In this document: one piece after another, positions 23,071 to 33,037 of the stretch | Numbering within the stretch: the first letter of the stretch is position 1 | Layout: each line of letters begins with the position of its first letter | Assembly (NCBI GenBank): GCA_020853585.1 | Contig: JADYYQ010000135.1 | Location: forward strand, 16,691-80,690 | Reading direction: 5' to 3' | Source of the DNA: Ottowia sp. | GTDB lineage: Bacteria; Pseudomonadota; Gammaproteobacteria; Burkholderiales; Burkholderiaceae | Length of the DNA stretch: 64,000 nt | The notes under the pieces: model-generated | The model's input: only the letters and a program-made list of their open reading frames with translations | The model's database searches: none | What the model was told of the DNA's origin: nothing | Program-made: the position numbers and the translations under genes

Positions 23071-23252
23071 TAGACCTCTTGCATAACCATAGCGAGCAAG
23101 ATAAAGCGCGCGGCACGCATAAACCAGAATGCTTATAAGCGTACATAAGTACAAAGCGGGCGCAACAAAGCATGCTTCGCCCCGCGGATACAAAGTGCCC
23201 CAACCGCGCAACCGCGTATTCGAAGTGCGCAATAGGTTATGCAAGAGGTCTA
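23071..23252. repeat. 182-bp element bounded by perfect 18-bp inverted repeats with internal GC-rich hairpins (structured RNA or MITE-like element)
   Basis: TAGACCTCTTGCATAACC (23071-23088) is the exact reverse complement of GGTTATGCAAGAGGTCTA (23235-23252). Internal hairpins lie at about 23130-23151 and 23156-23185. Confidence 0.5.
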
Positions 23253-23332
23253 TTGTGAAACCAACCCCTCATAGGGAATGCACGTAAATCAGTTAAGCTT
23301 TCCCCTACTACAACCTTAATCTGGACGACTTG

Positions 23333-24637
23333 ATGGTTCCTCATTTGGTAACTGCATTAAAGGGCCCCCTATTGGAGCTCGAACAAAAAATTCTCGAAGC
23401 AACACCAACCATAGAGCGCTGGTTTCGCTTGGAGTGGCAAAAACATACCCCCCCTTTTTATTGTTCCGTTGATTTGCGTAACGCAGGCTTCAAACTTTCT
23501 CCGGTTGACACCAATTTGTTTCCTGGCGGATTTAACAACTTATTACCAGAAGCATTGCCACTTGCTGTACAAGCAACCTTGGCCGCCATCGAAAAAATTT
23601 GTCCTGATGCACGCAATGTTCTGTTGATACCTGAACGTCACACCCGCAATGGATTTTATCTACAAAATGTGGCGTGCCTATCCGCCATTCTTCGTCAAAG
23701 TGGTTTGAACGTTCGACTAGGCGGCTTAGGCGACGATATCACCACACCTACCAACATTGATCTCGCCGACGGACAACACTTAACACTGGAACCACTCAAA
23801 CGCTTTGGCGCCGAAGACCAACGCTTAGGCCTGATTGATTTCGATCCTTGCGTCATATTGCTTAACAACGATCTATCTGCCGGCGTGCCCAAAATATTAG
23901 AAAATCTACATGAACAAAATGTGCTGCCCCCCATTCACGCCGGTTGGGTAACGCGGCGCAAATCAACTCATTTTGCGGCCTATGATGAAGTAGCAAAGCA
24001 TTTTGCTCAACTCATCAACATTGATCCCTGGATGATTAATCCTTACTTTGCCCAATGCAGTGATATCGACTTTCATGAGCGCATCGGCGAAGAGCGCCTC
24101 CAAGAAACCGTCGACGGTATTCTTAAAAAAATCACACAAAAATACCGAGAGTACGATATTAAAGCGACACCCTACGTCGTCGTCAAAGCAGATGCAGGCA
24201 CTTATGGCATGGGGGTAATGACCGTCAAAGACGCCTCTGAAGTAAAAAATCTTAACCGCAAAGAACGCAACAAAATGAGCGTGGTGAAAGATGGCCTCAC
24301 CGTAAGCGACGTGATTGTCCAAGAAGGCGTGCACTCTTTTGAAACCGTCGATGACGCGGTAGCAGAGCCAGTGGTCTATATGATTGATCGCTATGTGGTC
24401 GGTGGCTTTTATCGTGTACATACCGGCCGAGGGGTTGATGAAAATTTAAACGCACCCGGTATGCACTTTGTCCCCCTTGCCTTTGCTGACAATGTACTAC
24501 CCGACCCCAGCGCAAAGCCGGGCATCGCAACACCCAATCGTTTTTATATGTATGGGGTCGTAGCACGCCTAGCCTTACTTGCCGCCTCCGTTGAACTAGA
24601 GCTTACTCAGCCCCTTATCCGTGCCAGCACACAATAG
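23333..24637 (+). CDS. gshA: Glutamate--cysteine ligase (betaproteobacterial type)
   Basis: About 434 aa starting MVPHLVTALKGPLLELEQKILE...FYCSVDLRNAGFKL. Immediately upstream of gshB. Confidence 0.75.
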   Translation: MVPHLVTALKGPLLELEQKILEATPTIERWFRLEWQKHTPPFYCSVDLRNAGFKLSPVDTNLFPGGFNNLLPEALPLAVQATLAAIEKICPDARNVLLIPERHTRNGFYLQNVACLSAILRQSGLNVRLGGLGDDITTPTNIDLADGQHLTLEPLKRFGAEDQRLGLIDFDPCVILLNNDLSAGVPKILENLHEQNVLPPIHAGWVTRRKSTHFAAYDEVAKHFAQLINIDPWMINPYFAQCSDIDFHERIGEERLQETVDGILKKITQKYREYDIKATPYVVVKADAGTYGMGVMTVKDASEVKNLNRKERNKMSVVKDGLTVSDVIVQEGVHSFETVDDAVAEPVVYMIDRYVVGGFYRVHTGRGVDENLNAPGMHFVPLAFADNVLPDPSAKPGIATPNRFYMYGVVARLALLAASVELELTQPLIRASTQ

Positions 24638-24830
24638 CGCTGAGCGTAAAACGCTCCATGATCATTTTTCACCAGCAACTCATATGAAAAATACACGCAA
24701 GATACGGGCAATTCGGGTGCTCATACGCCTTTATGACACCACGCTACGCTACCCATATCTTCGTAAAATACAGCATGCGTACTGCACTGCTGACACAAAC
24801 GATGATTTCTTAACATAAGTACCGCGAGAT

Positions 24831-25787
24831 ATGTCTATGCGCATTCTTTTTATCACCGATCCATTGGCCCATTTTAAGCTTGCCAAAGATTCGACTTACG
24901 CCATGATGGTGGAATCAGCAACGCGCGGCCATCATTTGTTTTTCTGCGAAGCTGCCGCGCTGACCCTTATCGATAACACCGTCAAAGCGGAGGTATCGTC
25001 GCTTACGCTTGCATCAGAACAGCATACACATGCAAGCTGGTATACCTTGGCGCAAGCACAGCAAACGGCCTTACGCGATTTTGACGCCGTCATTATGCGT
25101 AAAGATCCTCCATTCGATATAGAGTACGTCACCGCCACCTGGTTATTATCATGCGCACAAACACAAGGCGCTAACGTATTTAATCACCCAGATGCAATTC
25201 GCGCGCACTCCGAAAAAATAGCAATCGCTGAATTTCCACAATTCATTGCACCAACATTAGTCACGCGTGATATCAAACATATCCAGTCATTCCATAGACA
25301 ATATCAGGATATTATTATCAAACCTTTAGATGGTATGGGGGGTATGGGCGTATTTCGCATCGGCGCAGATGGCCTCAATTTAAACGCCATTATTGAAACA
25401 CTCGGTGAGCAAGGCCAACGTAGTTTGATGGCGCAGCGCTTTATCCCAGAAATTCAGGCGGGTGATAAACGTATTTTATTAATCGCAGGGCAAGTTGTAC
25501 CATTTGCGCTCGCGCGTATCCCTCAAGCCGGTGAGATACGAGGTAATTTAGCCGCAGGTGGTATTGGCCAGGCACAACCGCTCTCACCACGTGATCACGC
25601 TATTGCCCAAGCACTCGCACCTATTTTGTGGCAACGCGGCTTATTCCTTGTGGGATTAGATATCATCGGCGAATACTTAACGGAGATCAATGTAACCAGT
25701 CCAACATGCTTTCGTGAAATTACCGAACAAACGGGCTTTAATGTCGCTGCAATGTTTATTGATGCGTTAGAACGGGCTATCATCTAA
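24831..25787 (+). CDS. gshB: Glutathione synthetase (ATP-grasp)
   Basis: 318 aa. MRILFITDPL... N-terminus and an ATP-grasp C-terminal half typical of GshB. Confidence 0.9.
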   Translation: MSMRILFITDPLAHFKLAKDSTYAMMVESATRGHHLFFCEAAALTLIDNTVKAEVSSLTLASEQHTHASWYTLAQAQQTALRDFDAVIMRKDPPFDIEYVTATWLLSCAQTQGANVFNHPDAIRAHSEKIAIAEFPQFIAPTLVTRDIKHIQSFHRQYQDIIIKPLDGMGGMGVFRIGADGLNLNAIIETLGEQGQRSLMAQRFIPEIQAGDKRILLIAGQVVPFALARIPQAGEIRGNLAAGGIGQAQPLSPRDHAIAQALAPILWQRGLFLVGLDIIGEYLTEINVTSPTCFREITEQTGFNVAAMFIDALERAII

Positions 25788-25791
25788 TTCT

Positions 25792-26184
25792 ATGGCTGGC
25801 ATTTTAATCATCGCACACGCGCCGCTCGCACATGTATTAAGAGCTTGTGCGGAACACATCTATGGCAATGAGCTCGAACGAGTCATCGCAATCGATGTCG
25901 AACCTAACGCACAACACAGCACGATTATTGCGCAAGCAGTCCTTGCACTCACAACACTGAACAAACAAAATAGCGCACTTATCCTCACAGATATATACGG
26001 TGGCACACCCTCCAATATCGCCACACAAGTGGCACAACAGCATAATGTGCCGCTTATTGCAGGGATCAATCTTCCCATGCTATTGCGCGCAATCACCTAC
26101 CGCAAACAGCCCATCCACGATCTAATCAAACTCACAATCGTTGGCGGTATTCAGGGTGTGATACAAATCACACCCAACAGCTAA
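25792..26184 (+). CDS. PTS EIIA component, mannose/fructose family
   Basis: 130 aa. MAGILIIAHAPLAHVL... contains the EIIA(Man)-type His region. Precedes HPr and EI. Confidence 0.75.
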   Translation: MAGILIIAHAPLAHVLRACAEHIYGNELERVIAIDVEPNAQHSTIIAQAVLALTTLNKQNSALILTDIYGGTPSNIATQVAQQHNVPLIAGINLPMLLRAITYRKQPIHDLIKLTIVGGIQGVIQITPNS

Positions 26185-26206
26185 CTATTGCGTACATAAA
26201 AGGGCC

Positions 26207-26473
26207 ATGGAAAAAACCATCATCACCGTCACCAACAAACTTGGTTTACATGCCCGCGCATCGGCAAAGCTTACGCAATTAACCAGCCGTTTTGCCAGCG
26301 AAATATGGATCACTCGTAATGAGCGCCGCGTTAATGCGAAAAGTATTATGGGTGTGATGATGCTCGCCGCCGGTATAGACACGCAATTAATACTGGAAAC
26401 CATTGGTAGCGATGAAAAAGAAGCCGCCCAAGCGGTCATCGCTTTATTCGAGAGCAAATTTGGGGAGGAATAA
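26207..26473 (+). CDS. ptsH: Phosphocarrier protein HPr
   Basis: 88 aa. His15 context NKLGLHARASAKL and Ser46 context NAKSIMGVMML. Confidence 0.9.
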   Translation: MEKTIITVTNKLGLHARASAKLTQLTSRFASEIWITRNERRVNAKSIMGVMMLAAGIDTQLILETIGSDEKEAAQAVIALFESKFGEE

Positions 26474-26476
26474 ACC

Positions 26477-28231
26477 ATGGCCGAGCAAATCGATGCCTCA
26501 TTCACGCTCACAGGTATTCCCATTTCGCGTGGCATCGCACTAGGACGAGCCCATCTTATTGCCCACACCGCACTTGAAGTTCGTCATTATCTGATTGAAC
26601 CATCGGCCGTGGAGGTCGAGGTCAACCGCTTGTGCACCGCCACTGAAGAGGTACATACCGAACTCCTTACGCTACGCGATACCTTACCGGAAGATGCGCC
26701 CGAAGAAATGGCCGCTTTTCTGGACGTGCATCTGATGATCTTGCACGATGAAATGCTCACAAAAATTCCAGCTCAACTTATTCGCAAGCAACGCTATAAC
26801 GCCGAATGGGCATTAACAACCCAGCTCGAAATTTTATCTCGCCAATTCGACGAGATCAATGATGCCTATTTACGCGAACGGAAAGCTGATGTTGTACAAA
26901 TTGTCGAGCGTGTTTTAAAAAGACTGGCAGGCGCCGCTCACGCCCTTGCAGCACCCACATCCACAACAAAAGATGACTTGATCGTCATTGCGCGGGATAT
27001 CGCACCGGCAGACATGTTGCAATTTAAACATCACGCGCTTATTGGTTTTGCCACAGACCTAGGAGGAGAAACATCGCACACGGCAATTGTGGCGCGTAGT
27101 TTAGATATTCCAGCCGTAGTGGGTCTACAACATGCCTGTCAGTTTATTAAACAAAACGATTGGTTGATTATTGATGGGGATATCGGTGTTGTTATCGTCA
27201 ACCCAAGTCAGTTAATCTTAAACGAATACCGTGACAAAAAAAATCAACAACAACAAGCGCACAAAAAATTACAACGACTGCGCCACACACCCACACAAAC
27301 AGAAGATGGCATTCCCATCACATTACTTGCCAATATTGAAATCCCCGACGATGCGCCTCATGCATTGTCTGCCGGCGCAATGGGGGTTGGCTTATTTCGC
27401 TCCGAATTTTTATTTATGAATCGAGGTGAACATTTACCAGATGAGGAAGAACAATTTTTAGCTTATCGTAATGCAGTGAACGCCATGGGAGGCTTGCCGG
27501 CCACTATCAGAACTATTGATCTCGGTGCCGACAAACCACTCTATGCAGATCACATTGCATCCCCCAATGCTGCATTAGGATTACGCGCTATTCGGTGGGC
27601 ACTCTCTGAACCACATATGTTTCTCATCCAACTGCGCGCGTTATTACGAGCCTCTGCCTGCGGTCCCGTACAAATTTTGCTCCCCATGCTCGCTCATCAT
27701 GCTGAGGTTGAACAAACTTTGCTTTTGCTCGCTCGTGCAAAAAGTGAACTCGATATCGCGGGTCATGCCTATGACGCCAATATAAAAGTAGGCGCCATGA
27801 TTGAAATTCCTGCCGCTGTATTTGTTTTACCTATGCTGATGCAGCGCCTCGATTTTCTGTCGATCGGCACCAACGATCTTATTCAATACACACTCGCAGT
27901 CGATCGCACGGATAGTGCAGTTGCACATCTATATGACCCGCATCATCCTGCAGTATTACAGCTTATTGCTCGTGTAATTAGCGAAGCTAACCGTGTGGGC
28001 ATGCCCGTTGCCGTCTGCGGTGAAATGGCAGGCGACCCCAATATGACACGACTCTTATTAGGTATGGGACTACAAGAATTTTCTATGCATCCTGCGCAAT
28101 TCTTGCATGTCAAAAAAGAAATTCTTCAGGCCAATCAAGCACAGCTAAGTAAATTGGTACACAACATACTGATCAGCACCGACCCCCATACAACGCGTAT
28201 TTTGCTGGCGCAGCTCAATAGCTCATCATAA
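26477..28231 (+). CDS. ptsI: Phosphoenolpyruvate-protein phosphotransferase (PTS enzyme I)
   Basis: 584 aa. Phospho-His region GGETSHTAIVARSLDIPAVVG. PEP-utilising C-terminal domain. Confidence 0.9.
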   Translation: MAEQIDASFTLTGIPISRGIALGRAHLIAHTALEVRHYLIEPSAVEVEVNRLCTATEEVHTELLTLRDTLPEDAPEEMAAFLDVHLMILHDEMLTKIPAQLIRKQRYNAEWALTTQLEILSRQFDEINDAYLRERKADVVQIVERVLKRLAGAAHALAAPTSTTKDDLIVIARDIAPADMLQFKHHALIGFATDLGGETSHTAIVARSLDIPAVVGLQHACQFIKQNDWLIIDGDIGVVIVNPSQLILNEYRDKKNQQQQAHKKLQRLRHTPTQTEDGIPITLLANIEIPDDAPHALSAGAMGVGLFRSEFLFMNRGEHLPDEEEQFLAYRNAVNAMGGLPATIRTIDLGADKPLYADHIASPNAALGLRAIRWALSEPHMFLIQLRALLRASACGPVQILLPMLAHHAEVEQTLLLLARAKSELDIAGHAYDANIKVGAMIEIPAAVFVLPMLMQRLDFLSIGTNDLIQYTLAVDRTDSAVAHLYDPHHPAVLQLIARVISEANRVGMPVAVCGEMAGDPNMTRLLLGMGLQEFSMHPAQFLHVKKEILQANQAQLSKLVHNILISTDPHTTRILLAQLNSSS

Positions 28232-28291
28232 AACACACAAGCACAATATTACGCACAGAAGGGCAGGGCGTTGGCACATGCAACCGCACCT

Positions 28292-29044
28292 TCAATCACG
28301 TCCTTTACATACAGGACAGGACAAATCTCGCGCAATAGCCATATCGCGCCAAGGCAAGTTCAACGCATCGACTTGTAGTAGTTTGCCCATCAATGCACTC
28401 CCCAGACCACTCAATAACTTAAGCGCTTCAGATACTTGCAGTGCCCCAACCAACGCAACCACAGGGGAAAATACACCCATTAATGCACAGGGTGCATCGA
28501 TAGGCGGTAAATCTGAAGGGAACACGCACGCGTAACAAGGACTACTTGCCACATTGACATCAAACACGCTCACTTGCCCAGCAAATCGTATCGCCGATCC
28601 AAAAACCAAGGGAACGCGGCTGTTAACGCATGCCGCGTTAATCGCATGCCGCACAACAAAACGATCCGTACAATCAAGTACCACATCTGCTTGCGCAACA
28701 AGCGTATGGAGAAGTGATGCGTCGGCATACTGTTCGATGGCATGCACCGCAATGGTCGGATTTAATGCAAGAAGGCGATCCCGTGCAACCTGGACCTTTG
28801 CGCAACCCATATCCTGAGTGGAAAATAAAACCTGTCGCTGTAAATTACTTAATTCGATCACATCACCATCAACCAAAGTGATGGAACCCACACCTGCACT
28901 GGCAAGATAGGGGGCAGCAGCACATCCCAAGCCCCCCATGCCGATCACCAGAACACGCGCATCAAGAAGCGCTTGCTGCCCTTCTACGCCAAACGGGTCC
29001 AGCAAAATGTGGCGCGCATAACGCGCCAATAACCCATCATCCAT
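28292..29044 (-). CDS. moeB: ThiF/MoeB-family adenylyltransferase (probable molybdopterin-synthase adenylyltransferase)
   Basis: 250 aa. Nucleotide loop VLVIGMGGLGCAAAPYLASAGVG and CxxC pairs (CYAC, CPVC). Confidence 0.65.
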   Translation of the reverse strand: MDDGLLARYARHILLDPFGVEGQQALLDARVLVIGMGGLGCAAAPYLASAGVGSITLVDGDVIELSNLQRQVLFSTQDMGCAKVQVARDRLLALNPTIAVHAIEQYADASLLHTLVAQADVVLDCTDRFVVRHAINAACVNSRVPLVFGSAIRFAGQVSVFDVNVASSPCYACVFPSDLPPIDAPCALMGVFSPVVALVGALQVSEALKLLSGLGSALMGKLLQVDALNLPWRDMAIARDLSCPVCKGRD

Positions 29045-29067
29045 TTTGGTAAACCGTAGCGGAAACC

Positions 29068-30516
29068 TTAAAAGCTAGCTGACTCAAGCTTAGAACGAGA
29101 CAATTGCGGTTTTTCACCTCGTAAATAAGCACGTGCTTGCTGCAACATAAAGTCATCCGCACTGCCAAATTCAACGGGCTTTTTGCGCTTATCTTTCTCG
29201 CGCTCTTCGGGTGTTTTCTTAAGGTTTTCTTCTTCTAAGCGGCGTAACTCAGCCACACGACGCAGTTCCCGACCTGATATTTCTTTATCTTCTGGATGCT
29301 GCTTGTTGCGCAAATGTTTTTCGCTATCAATCTCGCGCGTTACAAGCACTTCGTCTGGATCACCCTCTGCATTTTGGTCTACCGCTAAATCGGGCGCGAT
29401 GCCCAATGCCTGGATAGACGTACCTGAAGGTGTGTAGTAGTAAGCGGTGGTGAGCTTGACTGCACTTGTCTCCGACAAGTTACGCACCGTTTGTACCGAG
29501 CCTTTTCCAAACGTCGTTTTACCTATCAAAATCGCACGCTTATGGTCTTTCAGTGCGCCCGCCACAATTTCAGAAGCAGAAGCAGAATACGCATTCACAA
29601 GCACAACCATTTTGATTGTTTTTGCCCAAGCAGGCAGGTTAGCGAGTGGATCGCCATCCTCTGCTAAACGATAATTAGCCAAGGTTGCACGATAGTCACG
29701 CTTAGCGTCCTGCGCTTTACCATTCGTCGTCACAACGGTCACATCGGGCGGCAGAAAAGCGGCAGCCACACCAACCGCACCTTGTAACAATCCCCCACCG
29801 TTATTGCGTAAATCGAGAATCAAACTTTTAAGACCGGGATTTTGCTCAGAAAGCTCTTTTAACTTGCGCGCGAGATCTGGCACGGTTGTTTCTTGGAAAC
29901 TATTAATACGCACCCACGCCGTGTGTGGATCTAAAGCAACCGCCTTCACTGACTGCACATGGATTTCAGCCCGCGTCAGCGTAAGGGGAAAAGTACGCTC
30001 TTCACTTTTGCGATAGATCGTCAAGGTAATTTTTGTACCCGGCTGACCTCGCATACGGCGCACCGCCTGATCCAAGGACATACCGCGTACTGGTTTGCTA
30101 TCTAGCTGCGTAATCAAATCCCCGGCGCGTATGCCCGCACGCGCAGCGGGCGTGCCTTCAATGGGATTAATCACCTTTACCAGACCTTCTTCGGAAGAAA
30201 TCTCAATACCCAGACCGGCGAAACGACCGCGCGCATGCTCTTGCATCTCGGAAAACTCTTTGCTATCAAGATATGCTGAGTGTGGATCGAGACTAGATAC
30301 CATCCCCTTGATGGCTGAAATAAGTAATGCCTTATCGTCAACCGGCTCTACATACTCTTGATTGATTAAACCAAACACCCCGGCCAGCAGACGCAACTCA
30401 TCAACCGGTAAAGGACCTGATGTGTTTTGTGCACTTGCTGAAAATTGCAAGGCCGCTAAAACACCGGCAATGAGCCCAAGCGTGAGAAGAGAGATATTCT
30501 TAAAGGTAGTCCGCAT
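29068..30516 (-). CDS. ctpA: S41-family carboxy-terminal processing peptidase
   Basis: Signal/TM N-terminus, PDZ region, S41 catalytic region (NAYSASASEIVAGALKD), Lys/Glu-rich tail. Start moved to the Met at 30516. Confidence 0.8.
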   Translation of the reverse strand: MRTTFKNISLLTLGLIAGVLAALQFSASAQNTSGPLPVDELRLLAGVFGLINQEYVEPVDDKALLISAIKGMVSSLDPHSAYLDSKEFSEMQEHARGRFAGLGIEISSEEGLVKVINPIEGTPAARAGIRAGDLITQLDSKPVRGMSLDQAVRRMRGQPGTKITLTIYRKSEERTFPLTLTRAEIHVQSVKAVALDPHTAWVRINSFQETTVPDLARKLKELSEQNPGLKSLILDLRNNGGGLLQGAVGVAAAFLPPDVTVVTTNGKAQDAKRDYRATLANYRLAEDGDPLANLPAWAKTIKMVVLVNAYSASASEIVAGALKDHKRAILIGKTTFGKGSVQTVRNLSETSAVKLTTAYYYTPSGTSIQALGIAPDLAVDQNAEGDPDEVLVTREIDSEKHLRNKQHPEDKEISGRELRRVAELRRLEEENLKKTPEEREKDKRKKPVEFGSADDFMLQQARAYLRGEKPQLSRSKLESASF

Positions 30517-30860
30517 GATCGTTCCTGGTACTGTCAAGCCATCAGGCCGGACTGAAATTGAGCGAGGTGCAAAGTATAAAGCTTGTCAGGCAGTTAATGT
30601 ACGACAAAATAGCGCTTACAACATCATTCACTCAATATTTTCATTCAACGATAAGCACACGTTTGACCTTCATTACACACCGTCCTTTCCCCGTATAGAC
30701 CATGCTCAGCCGCGATTCATCAAGCACGGCCACACCCCTTGCCTACGATCTATGCTCTTTTTACGAAGACCGGGCTTTGCGTTAATACTGTATCGCAGCC
30801 ATTGTTAAGAACATGAAAACAACACACAAACCCGATCGACCCCAAAAATGCTACGCGTGA

Positions 30861-31553
30861 TCATATCGGGATTGTCGCCCTTTCAATCCGATGACTCGTG
30901 ACATCAAACTGATAGAGCAGGGGCACGCCATTGGCGATATTAAGGTGAATAATATCTTCATCAGAAATCGCTTCAAGGTGTTTGACCAAAGCACGAATAC
31001 TGTTGCCATGAGCGACAACCAGCACATTATTTCCCGCCCGCAAAGCCGGCTCAATCGACGCAAACCAAAATGGCAACACACGTACAACCGTGTCTTGCAG
31101 ACACTCTGTCAGCGGAATATCTTGCGCGTTAAGCTGCGCATAGCGCAGATCCGCACACATGGCGCGGGCCGCTTCTTGTGTAAGCGGAGGCGGCGCTATA
31201 GCGTAAGCACGCCGCCACTGCAACACTTGCGCTTCACCATACTGTGTCACTGTCTGTGCTTTATTTAGCCCTGATAATGCCCCGTAGTGCCGTTCATTTA
31301 AACGCCATGAATGCGTCACAGGTATCCACATCAAATTCATTTGATCTTGTATCTGCCACAAAGTGCGAATCGCGCGATTTAATATCGAGGTATACGCCAC
31401 ATCAAAATGCAGTCCCGCCTCTTTAAGTAGACGACCTGCCTGCGCTGCCTGCTGTAAACCTAATTCAGTTAAGTCGACATCCACCCAACCTGTAAAACGA
31501 TTCTCAAGATTCCACGTCGACTCACCGTGACGGACCAATACCAGTTTTGACAT
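30861..31553 (-). CDS. gpmA: 2,3-bisphosphoglycerate-dependent phosphoglycerate mutase
   Basis: [15 protein letters not shown]... contains the catalytic RHGE motif. Start moved to 31553. Confidence 0.9.
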   Translation of the reverse strand: MSKLVLVRHGESTWNLENRFTGWVDVDLTELGLQQAAQAGRLLKEAGLHFDVAYTSILNRAIRTLWQIQDQMNLMWIPVTHSWRLNERHYGALSGLNKAQTVTQYGEAQVLQWRRAYAIAPPPLTQEAARAMCADLRYAQLNAQDIPLTECLQDTVVRVLPFWFASIEPALRAGNNVLVVAHGNSIRALVKHLEAISDEDIIHLNIANGVPLLYQFDVTSHRIERATIPI

Positions 31554-31774
31554 AGCGGTTAAAAACAAAATTAATTAATTGATATAGACATTTCGCCAAT
31601 AAAGCGATGGCGAGTGCGCGCTTGCAAGTAAACTCAACACTGAGTATTTTATAATGGCGTACGCACCAACACCAATATCGCACTCACAGTCAGTCGTCTT
31701 TGGTTTTACAGCTGCATATAAAAATATGCAGTAGCGACTTTTTATTTACCCCTCTTTTTTAAACAGACCTCTCT

Positions 31775-32185
31775 ATGCACTTCTTTTATGACAGTACCAA
31801 TTTAATGCTGATGGTACTTGCTCTGCTCGCGGGCGGCTTGCTTGCCTGGCCAGCACTTACCCGTAAACGCACGACATTACCCGCAGCTCAAGTCACACAT
31901 CTGATTAATAAAAACAATGCCATCGTTATTGATGTGCGAACAGACAGTGCCTTTGCACAGGGCCATTTACCTCACGCGAAACATATCCCTCTAGATCAAC
32001 TTGCCAGCAAAGTGGCTCATCTTGCGCGAGACAAGAACACACCTTTGGTTGTCGTATGCCAAACTGGAGTACAGTCAGCACGCGCAGTCAACACCATCAA
32101 ACAAGCAGGATATACCCAAGTCTTTGACTTAGAAGGCGGCCTTTTTGCCTGGCAAAAAATGGGCTTGCCTTTAGCAACCAAATAA
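31775..32185 (+). CDS. Membrane-anchored single-domain rhodanese (sulfurtransferase)
   Basis: 136 aa. N-terminal TM helix. Rhodanese pattern IDVRTDSAFAQGHLPHAKHIPL ... VVVCQTGVQSARA. Confidence 0.75.
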   Translation: MHFFYDSTNLMLMVLALLAGGLLAWPALTRKRTTLPAAQVTHLINKNNAIVIDVRTDSAFAQGHLPHAKHIPLDQLASKVAHLARDKNTPLVVVCQTGVQSARAVNTIKQAGYTQVFDLEGGLFAWQKMGLPLATK

Positions 32186-32200
32186 AAAGGAAACCACAAC

Positions 32201-32458
32201 ATGGCTAAGGTTTTAATGTATAGCACGCAAGTTTGCCCATACTGCATCCGCGCAGAAAATTTACTGCGTGCCAAGGGTGTGGAGCACATTGAAAAAATCA
32301 TGGTAGACACCGATCTGGCTCAACGCACAGTGATGATGCAACGCACTGGATTACGTACCGTGCCACAAATTTTTATCAACGATCAACACATCGGTGGTTA
32401 CGATGCATTACATGCACTTGATCAACGTGGTGAACTCGACGCCTTGCTTACGGCATAA
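32201..32458 (+). CDS. grxC: Glutaredoxin 3
   Basis: 85 aa. CPYC active site and TVPQIFI motif. Confidence 0.85.
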   Translation: MAKVLMYSTQVCPYCIRAENLLRAKGVEHIEKIMVDTDLAQRTVMMQRTGLRTVPQIFINDQHIGGYDALHALDQRGELDALLTA

Positions 32459-32494
32459 TGCGCCTTCCCAGTTACTTTATCTCTAGAGCACGTT

Positions 32495-33028
32495 ATGAGC
32501 GAAGCCGCAAAAAATACAAAAACAGATCAACCTTACTTTAATCTTGAACGTATTTATCTTCAAGAAGCGTCACTGGAGCAACCCAATTCTCCCTCCATAT
32601 TGCTAGAAACAGCGTCCCCCGAAGTCGCTATCGAAATCAGTGTCAACGCGACGCGCATTCAAGATGAAATTTATCAGGTGAGTGTGACGGCAACCGTGAC
32701 AACAACAATCAAAGAGCGCGTCGCATTTCTCGTTGAAGCACAGCAATCAGGGATCTTCACTTTGCGTCATATTCCAACTGAACAGGTTGACCCTATGCTT
32801 GGTATTGTGTGTCCATCGATTGTTTATCCCTATTTGCGCGCAAATATTGCCGATCTGATTACAAGAGGGGGGTTTGCACCCATTCATCTTACTGAAATCA
32901 ATTTTCAACTGCTTTATGAACAACGCTTAGCGCAAGCAGCACAAGCGGCACAGACCACACCCGAAGCGCCCAAAACGGCGGATATTGAGTCACATCCGCT
33001 AACGAATGGCGCAGCATTTAAGCATTAA
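32495..33028 (+). CDS. secB: Protein-export chaperone SecB
   Basis: 177 aa. [19 protein letters not shown]... is typical of SecB. Fits the rhodanese-grxC-secB-gpsA synteny. Confidence 0.85.
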   Translation: MSEAAKNTKTDQPYFNLERIYLQEASLEQPNSPSILLETASPEVAIEISVNATRIQDEIYQVSVTATVTTTIKERVAFLVEAQQSGIFTLRHIPTEQVDPMLGIVCPSIVYPYLRANIADLITRGGFAPIHLTEINFQLLYEQRLAQAAQAAQTTPEAPKTADIESHPLTNGAAFKH

Positions 33029-33037
33029 ATAGTTATC

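Noticed and set aside
22987-23244. 85-aa minus-strand ORF spanning the inverted-repeat element
   Set aside because: It runs through the palindromic GC-rich core, has no RBS, and has an implausible Cys/Arg/Tyr-rich composition. The DNA/RNA structure explains the region better.
23071-23252. Retron msr/msd or canonical 6S RNA interpretation of the IR-bounded element
   Set aside because: There is no reverse-transcriptase gene nearby; the flanking genes are glnB and gshA. The predicted fold is branched, not the single interrupted rod with a central bubble expected for 6S RNA. It is kept only as an unassigned structured element.
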